64,000 bases of DNA, from the NCBI GenBank assembly GCA_963713045.1, contig CAVQKE010000006.1, forward strand, positions 353,356-417,355, in the 5' to 3' direction. The DNA comes from an uncultured delta proteobacterium. Lineage in GTDB: Bacteria > Myxococcota > Myxococcia > Myxococcales > Myxococcaceae. Made by a program: the position numbers and the translations under genes. Positions 56,882 through 64,000 of this stretch are shown in pieces (within the stretch, counting starts at the first letter, position 1; the number at the start of each line of letters is the position of its first letter). The notes beneath the pieces were generated by a model. That model searched no databases. It had not been told where the DNA came from and saw only the letters and a list, made by a program, of their open reading frames with translations.

Positions 56882-58872
56882 CTAGAACTTCACCATGATG
56901 TCGATATCGATCAGCGACTCATCGCTGCGCAGATCGGGGATCCACAGACTGCTGCCTTGGGCTGCGCAGGCGGTCTGCGCGATCGCCTCGTTGGCGGACA
57001 TCGACAGCGCCAGTGTTCCCAAAGCCAGTATTGCCTCCGTTCATGCACGCATAGTACTGTGGAGATCCGTTGTTGGTGTAGGGCACGCCGCCCGAACCCG
57101 GCGGAGTAACGCCGCCCTTGCCCGACCAGTAAGGCACGCTTGCATGGCGATAGTCATACTCCCAGCGGAACGTGAGCCACTGCCGCGGCATGTAATCGTA
57201 GGTGAGGGAAGTATCCCAGGCTTTGAAGGGGTCGCCGGGATTGCCGGTAAAGTAAGGAGCGTTGATCGCCGCCGAGGAGGCAGTCTCGCCATTGATAGGC
57301 GGCAGCAGCACCAGATAGCGGCCCGGATTGTTGATCTTGCCGCCGCCGATGGTGATGGCGTATTTGTCCTTCTTGAACCAGGTGCGGTCGTAAAGCATGT
57401 AGCCGATAAAGCTCTGCTTGGGATCGACTCCACCCCGTGGGAAATTGGCGCTCGAGGGCGCCACCTTATCGCGCCTGTTGCCGTAGCAGCTCACGCCTGC
57501 CAGCCCGGAGGTCGTGCTGGGGCCGAATTCGCAACCCAGATCGCCAGTGAAGGTGAACGCCATCTTGTCGAGGAACTGTCCCGGCTTGTCGTAATACTTG
57601 ATCTCGACACTGTTGTCGGTATGGATGCGGCCGCGGTTCGGAATGTAGAGGTCGTCATGGCCCATTCCGTAATTGTTGGAGAGGAAGTTGATCCAGGGTC
57701 TCGGCGTCCACTTGATCTGCCCGCCCAGTCCTTTCCTCGAGTTGGACGAACCGTAGGATTGCCAGCCGTTAATGATCCAGGGCTCGATCTTCAAGTGGGG
57801 ATTCGGAAAAATCTGGATGCGAACGCCTTCGAAAAACCACGGAGTATTGGAGGAAACGTAGGAAGGCTGATACGCCCAGTTGTCGAAGTTGTAATAACTG
57901 AACAGGCCGACGTAGGACATGAAGATCCCCGCGTCGATGTTGATCCCGTCCAGCACATCGAGATGATATCCGCCGTAGGCCTCCGACAAGTAGCGGTCGG
58001 CATCGCCGATATTCCATTGGCCCTTGGAGTAGCTGGGGTCATTGCGCATCGTTGCCGTGGAATACATGCCAAACTGCGTCATGAAGCGGGCGCGAACGTT
58101 GTCGAGGTGGAAGTCGCCGCCCAGGCCAAGCTGCTCCAATTGAATTTCGTTCGAGCGGAACAGTTCGCTCGACCCGCCCATGGAGTCGTCGACAGGCTTG
58201 TTGAAATCGTAGGTATAGGTAACGTCGGCGCGGATTTCCGGCGTGAAGAATTTCGAATCAAAGGCCGTGTCTTTGTTGCGCGGATTGCCATTCAGCCAGG
58301 TCCAGTCCCAGTCGGAGAAAGGCTCGATCTTTTCTTTCTTGGCGGGCGCCGCGGTCGCGGAGTCGCCGGCTTGCGCGACGGCTTTTTCGATCGGGGCCAC
58401 CGATGGGGATGCTTCGGCTACCCTGATTTCTGGCGCCGAGCGCAGGCGTTGGCGCGGGGCGAACGTCGGCGCTGCCGGCGGGGTGAGCGTCGCGACCGCG
58501 GAGGACGGCGCGGCCGCAATTGCAGGGGCTGGCGTCGCCGGCGCAGCCGCGCCACGATTCTTCAGTTCCGCTTTGAGTTCCTCAATCTCGGCCTGCAGGG
58601 CGGCCAGTTGTTTCGCAATGGCGGGGGGTACGTCCTGATAAGGAGCGACCGCAGGCGCGGCGGGCGCGGCGTTGACAGGTTTATTTCCGCTTCCGTCATG
58701 GGCCGCGCCATCGGCTACCGGCGGATGCAGGGTAGCCACGGTCGAGTGCCGGTTGTGTCGGCCGATGTCTGGGCCTCACCGCGCGGCGCGAGGAGCGATA
58801 AACAGATCAGCCCGAGGGCTAAAACAAAAGCCGCAGTTCGAACACCTGATACGAATGAGTTCTCATGCTCAT
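56882..58872 (-). CDS. outer-membrane beta-barrel protein (putative porin, DUF1597/BBP2-like); frameshifts near both ends
   Basis: N-terminal coiled coil and Pro/Ala linker; DWTWLNGN, SEAYGGYH, AGIFMSYVGL, NTPWFF.G; C-terminus IDIDIMVKF with terminal Phe. Confidence 0.8.
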
Positions 58873-58997
58873 AACGCCCCGATCCCCTGCATGTTTAGAT
58901 TGTTTGCACGGGCGGGCGGCAAACGGCCAGTCCGCAGCGCAATAATTGCCTGTTTAAATTCGCCCCGTTTGGACCCACGCAATTACATCCAGAAAGT

Positions 58998-59037
58998 CAT
59001 AAAGATCGCGTAAAGCAATCGTATGAAGTGCGTAAAG
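58998..59037 (-). promoter_or_regulatory. four direct heptamer repeats at 11-bp period (OmpR/KdpE-like operator)
   Basis: Minus strand CTTTACG-N4-TCATACG-N4-CTTTACG-N4-CTTTATG about 125 nt upstream of the porin start. Confidence 0.65.
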
Positions 59038-59092
59038 CTCTGGCGCGACCGCGAGGCAGGCGCGCTTGTCGGTAGGCGAGGCGGAAGTTGAG

Positions 59093-59856
59093 CTACTGGC
59101 TGGCGAATAACGAGTATTGCTGGGCGGCGACGATCTTTTTCAGCCGCCTGCTCTCGCTCAGCACATGCTCCAGCAGAGGGTTGTGATAGAGCACGTACAC
59201 CGGCCTGGGATGCGCGCGCAGACTCGCTTCCAGGTTTGCGGCCACCCGGCGCATCCCCGATTCCGGGAACGGATTGAAACAGATAAATCACCAGCGGACC
59301 TTCGGGAAAAGGGAAGGTGGTTGCGTCGGCGCAGATCGACTCGAGGGCGAAGCATTTCTGCGATTCGCTTTTGTACTGGCGCAGGTTCTCGATGCGCGAT
59401 TTCGTGCAACGCGGGCAGAAGTTCCACGCCCACGATGCGGCGGAAGGGATAGTCCGATGCCATCAGCAGCGTGCGTCCCTTGCCCGACCCGAGATCGATA
59501 AAAGTGAAGTCGCGAAAGTTGATGGTCGCGTGAGTCCGCACTCGGAGTCTGCTGCAGGAGCGTCCAGCATCTCATGAAACGCCGCCGGTTCGGTGGGCTG
59601 GTACGCGGAATGGAACATGCCCAGCAGGCGGTCGTGCCATCCTACTGCGCCGCTCGTCGTGTTCACGCGGTAATCCCAGTCGTAGTCGGCGTCGCCGAAG
59701 CGTTGCCGCAGGCGCTCGGGAGTGGAGTCGCGGGCGAACTCCCACAACACGCCGGCGAGGCGCCGCGTCGCGGCAAAGGACGCCCTCGTACGCGGCCGCG
59801 TACCTCCACCATTGCCACGCAGTTTTGAGCACGCTGATTGGTGGAGGAGAGTCCAT
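59093..59856 (-). CDS. class I SAM-dependent methyltransferase; several frameshifts
   Basis: YQPTEP, FTFIDLGSGKGRTLLMAS.YPF..IVGVE, YLF.P, LYHNP across frames. Confidence 0.78.
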
Positions 59857-59981
59857 GCGAGGAGTAACGACGGCTAGACATGATACGGGGAAAACCAGCT
59901 GTAGTCAGCAGTGGTCAGTGGCCAGTTAAATCGTAGGCGAAGCGCCAGGGCCGATCTCACAACACTGACCGCTGATCCGTG

Positions 59982-60912
59982 CTAGCTGTGGTTGTGGAAC
60001 TTCGGCGGGCCGGGCTTGTATCCCGGAGGCAGACCTTTTGTGATGAAAGGGAAATCGTCCGGGGTCTCGACCAGAACCCGGCCATCCGGCGTCAGCTTGT
60101 AGGCGTCGCCGTCAGGATCAACGGGGATGCCGCGCAAATGTGCGGCCGCGACCAGTTCCGCCATGCTGGCGGGAAGGCGTCCGTTGCGCTGGCCGAACTC
60201 GGTGACCAGGGCTTGAGGTTGGTGACGTCTTCATCCACTTGGAGCGCGCGCAGGTGTTCGACCGCGTTCTGGCGGATGTTGGATTCGCGGGCGGTTTCGT
60301 AGGTGGCGCTCCACAGCATGCGGGCCGTGGCGAAATCGCCGGCGTGCATCGGCCATCTGCGCGGCCAGGATCTTCATGAACGGATGCGCGTTCGGGAACC
60401 TTCGAGCCGCGCTCAAACACCTCGCGGCTTTGCGGTAGTCCTTGAGTTCGGTGTAGTAAACGAAGCCGAGATTGTAGTAGAGCTGCCAGTTGTCGGGATT
60501 GTTCTGGATGCCATACTCCATGAGATGAATGGCGCGCTCCGGTTGGCCGGCTCCGCCCGGCGGCTGGGGAGCCAGGAAGCTGGCGCCGAACTGGTAGGCG
60601 GGCAACAGATGCGGATCGAGCGTGGTCGTGATTTCCAGCAGCGGCGCGAGTTCGTTGTACGTGTGCGCGTAGTCGAAATGGCGGTGGCCGAAATACTGCA
60701 CCGTGCGCGTCCAGTAGATGCAGGCCATCAGGCCGTCGAAGCCCAGGCTGGCGCGCTTGACCATTTTCGGCGAGTTGATGTAGAGCACATCCTCGATGCT
60801 GGCTTGCGGACGGATCCGGTCAATGTGCCGCAGCAGCAGAACACTGGCGGCCATCGAAACCGCCAGGCTCACGCGCGGCGATGACGGTGGTGCGCTGGCG
60901 GGCGGTCTTCAT
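59982..60912 (-). CDS. TPR-like membrane-anchored protein associated with the pilin/ABC cluster; frameshifted
   Basis: ATGA overlap with the permease stop; SLGF..L.A.IYW.R.VQY.G, TTLDP, GIQNNP.NW, DP.G..Y. Confidence 0.7.
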
Positions 60913-61686
60913 TTCAAATTCCTGCGCTCGAAGATCAGGACCGCGCCGCTCAAGGCCATCGTCGTATAGAACAGGGCATAGAGCGTGTTTTGCAGGATGA
61001 GCTGCGAACTCATCGGCTGCTGATGCGCGACCGCGCTGATCACGTTGAGCGCCGAGAAATTGGGCACCAGGTAGGCCGCTCCCGTGGCGACCCAGCGCGT
61101 GACGCCGTGAGCCATGCCGGCAAATCCGCGCAGGTCGTCGGCGAAACTTCCGATCACGAACAGCGAGAACGCGAAAACCGCGGAGAGCAGCGGCGAAGAG
61201 AACGACGAGAACAGCAACGCCAGCGAACAGATGACGAGAAATTCGAGAATGATGAAATAAAGCGCCACCAGGATCAGCGCGTCCGGCTTGGAGAACTTGT
61301 GCGCCACGTAGAGCAGCGCGCCGAATACTCCAATGGCCATGAAGAACGTGTTCACCACCAGCGTTCCGGCCAGGCCGAAAAACTTGCCGACAATGAACTC
61401 CCAGCGGCGAACCGGACGCGACAGCACGGTGTAAAGCGTGCGCTTCTCGATTTCTTTCGAGACCAGCCCGATGCCGATGAAGATCGCGATGACCACGCCG
61501 AAAAGCGATACTGCTGTGAGGCCCAGGTTAATGACCACCAGGCGCTCGATGTCGATGGAAATCTGGCCCACGAAAATGGCCGCGCCCGAAAGCAGCAGGG
61601 CGAAGGCGATCAGGTTGTAGAGCACGCGGTCGCGGACCGCTTCGCGAAACGTGTTGGCGGCAATGTGGACGATGCGTGGCGTTCAT
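60909..61686 (-). CDS. ABC transporter permease (PilI-like); frameshift near the start
   Basis: IAANTFREAVRDRVLY, SKEIEKRTLYTVLSRPV.R.EFIVGKF, IFERRNLK. Confidence 0.88.
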
Positions 61687-62634
61687 ACGGCGGTCCCCAG
61701 TTTTTTCCGCGGTAGTTTGGGAGCGCTGCAGCTTCTCGACGAAATACGCTTCCAGCGAAGTGCGCAGCGGAGTGATCGCGATCAGGCGAATGCGCTCGCG
61801 GCGCAGGGCGTCGATGGCGGCGTCCTGCTGGTTTTCAGGGATCACGGCGCGGACGGTGTCTCCCGTGACGTGGCATTCCGCGCCCAGCGCCTTCATCGAG
61901 GCCGGAACCTGTGTGCCTTGCCAGACCACTTCCACTTTGCCCTGAACCGTCGCGGTCAAGTCCGCCACCGCACCCACGCCCCGCAATTCGCCTTGGTGAA
62001 TGATGGCGACGCGGTCGCAGAGCGCTTCGGCGTCCGACAGAATGTGAGTCGAGAAAAATACCGTCTTGCCTTCCTGCTTGAGTTGCTCCATCAGGTCGCG
62101 AACTTCGCGGCGGCCCAGCGGATCGAGACCCGACATGGGTTCGTCGAAGAAGACTAGTTTCGGGTTGTGCAGGATCGCCTGCGCGATTCCGGCGCGCTGC
62201 AGCATGCCTTTGGAAAACTTGCGCAACTGCACGCCTTTAATGTCGGTCAGCCCCACGCGCTGCAGCACCTCTTCGATGCGGCGCTTGCGGTCTTTGCCGG
62301 GAACTCCCGAGAGCTGGCCGTAGTAATCGAGCAATTCGTGAGCGGTCAGGTAGTCGTAGAAGTAGGGCTGCTCGGGAAGAAAGCCGATCTGCGCTTTGAC
62401 TTCGGGATCGGTCCAATCGTGGCCCAGAATGCGCGCCGTGCCTGCGGTCGGGAACACCAGCCCCATCAGCATTTTCAGAGTCGTGGTCTTGCCTGCGCCG
62501 TTGGGGCCGAGGAAGCCGAAAATCTCTCCCTCTTCCACGGTGAGATGCAGCGGCTGCAAGGCCCGCTTCGGGCGCTTGCGCCAGAAGCCCACCATGTAGG
62601 TCTTTTCCAGTCCAAGGATTTCAATCGCGGCCAT
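61683..62634 (-). CDS. ABC transporter ATP-binding protein (PilH-like); frameshift near the 3' end
   Basis: GFLGPNGAGKTT, LPEQPYFY, FSKGMLQR, FDEPMSGLDP, STHILSD. Confidence 0.93.
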
Positions 62635-62826
62635 GTGTCGCTTCAGACTTCCGGTAGAAGTATTTTCGAAAATATTATAAGCACGAGAGCGCGGTAGAAC
62701 ATCCCCGTGCCAGTTACGAGGGTCACTGGGTGCGCGAGTGGAAGCTGATGAACGGGAGTTTTGTGGAGAGACGAAACTGTCCAAGCCGCGCGAGCGATTC
62801 TCAACTTGCGATGAGATTCGGACTCG

Positions 62827-63350
62827 CTACTGCGTCACGGGGAAAGCCAGGCAGGCGCTATGGTGTTGACCGGAACGTCGCCGGGGCTGCCCATTTGTGA
62901 GCGCAGAACGCCATCGTTGGTGGAGCAGTAATCGTGGTTTCCGGTGGAATTCATCAAGCACGGGCGCGGCTGCGGCTACAAAGGCGGTGTTGTTGACGGC
63001 GCCGGCGCTCATAATGCCGGTGGCCAGAAAAACGTAGCCGCTCTTGCCGCCGCTGCCGGGGGTGGCCGACGGACAGAAAGCTGTCAAGCAGACATGCCGT
63101 CGTGGAAGAAGGAGTGCACGGGGACGCCCCGCCCAGCTCTCCGATGTTGGGGGCATATCCGATCGTCGGATAAGCGGTGGTGTAGGTCACCTCCGAACTC
63201 TTGATGGCGCTGATGGACCCCACGGCCGAGGCCTCATTGGCGGCCAGCCGCGCCTGCAGCAGGTTGGGGATCGCGATGGCGGCGATGATAAGAATAATCG
63301 CCACCACAATCAGCAACTCGATCAGCGAGAATCCCTTTGTGCGATCGCAT
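62827..63350 (-). CDS. type IV pilin-like protein; frameshifted
   Basis: KG/FSLIELLIVVAIILIIAAIAIPNLL..R.AANEASAV prepilin motif; C..SSTTACL.D and KSGY.F. Confidence 0.88.
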
Positions 63351-63631
63351 CCGATGTTCCCTTGAATTATGGTCAAAGTTCAGGGGGAACGCCTTGCATG
63401 GATTGAGTTGCAGTTTGGGCGCCAATTTTACTGTCGAGGCTGGAACCTTAGTAATCCCTAAGACTTTAGGTGAATCAATGGGTTAGCCGCCGGAGACCAG
63501 ATCAAGAAGGCAAGGTCGCAGTTCGGTCGCTACAACTCTGACAGAAAGTGTCACGCCCGCTGATAAAAAAAGCCTCAGGGCCAGATAATCGGAGCCAAGG
63601 CCGCCCCAAGAACCATCCAAACAAGAGCCGA

Positions 63632-63659
63632 GGAGCAGCGAACTCGAATTCGCTGCTCC
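63632..63659 (-). terminator. 11-bp perfect hairpin downstream of the upstream pilin
   Basis: ggagcagcgaa-ctcgaa-ttcgctgctcc; T-rich tail on the minus strand is weak and offset. Confidence 0.5.
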
Positions 63660-63710
63660 GCGCTGGTGTGTGCAAAGACTTTGGGATTCAACTTGGGGCC
63701 GCTGGGCTCG

Positions 63711-64000
63711 TTACTGGTTCAGCGGATTGAAGGCTTGAATACCCGCTTCGGTGTTCGAGCAAACTCCAGCGGGGTCGACGCGAATGACGGCATCTTCCTC
63801 CGCGCAGAAAGCGCGAATCCCGGTTTGGTTGATCGAAAGCGGAATCGCCTTGATGGTATAGCCCACGTTCACGCCGCCCGCGACCGCGCCGGCGCCGCTG
63901 GTGAACGAGTAGCCGCTCTTGCCGCTGCCCGCGGGGTTGCCGTTATTAGAGAGCACGGAGTCAATCAGGCAGGCCGTCGTCGAACTGGGCACGCAGGCTA
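63711..64000 (-). CDS. type IV pilin-like protein; C-terminal part, runs off the window
   Basis: PSSTTACLIDSVL..GSGKSGYSF..A.P..TG.RAFC..ED.VIR, paralogous to the 62827-63350 pilin. Confidence 0.8.
   Translation of the reverse strand, partial: ACVPSSTTACLIDSVLSNNGNPAGSGKSGYSFTSGAGAVAGGVNVGYTIKAIPLSINQTGIRAFCAEEDAVIRVDPAGVCSNTEAGIQAFNPLNQ

Noticed and set aside
59897..59977. Short gtggtca-like repeats with inverted copies
   Set aside because: Only two to three degenerate units; probably a generic intergenic hairpin repeat, too weak to call

Overview
The window is almost certainly a mosaic of at least four joined pieces rather than one chromosome segment. (A) ~1-47305 is a Myxococcota-like region. 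It carries a Ser/Thr kinase, a secreted EndoU-type nuclease, an Lhr helicase, a MYXO-CTERM protein, LigD, a bufferin-type MNIO (DUF692) RiPP cluster, hutF-argE, mfd and a lower-GC Wzc/glycosyltransferase polysaccharide locus containing a P-II gene. (B) ~47306-48260 is an internal fragment of a planctomycete-like giant surface protein. (C) ~48261-55925 is a planctomycete-like treZ-glgX-treY cluster interrupted by a tnpB-only IS200/IS605 element. An IS5-family element has inserted at the exact right end of that element, so the predicted TnpB guide is now the IS5 terminal inverted repeat. (D) ~55930-64000 is an Acidobacteriota-like region with lolA, a beta-barrel porin preceded by an 11-bp-periodic KdpE-like box, and two pilins with an ABC transporter. 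Many genes after ~30 kb carry single-base frameshifts that look like long-read errors. Taxonomic and family calls come from motif recognition only; no database searches were run.
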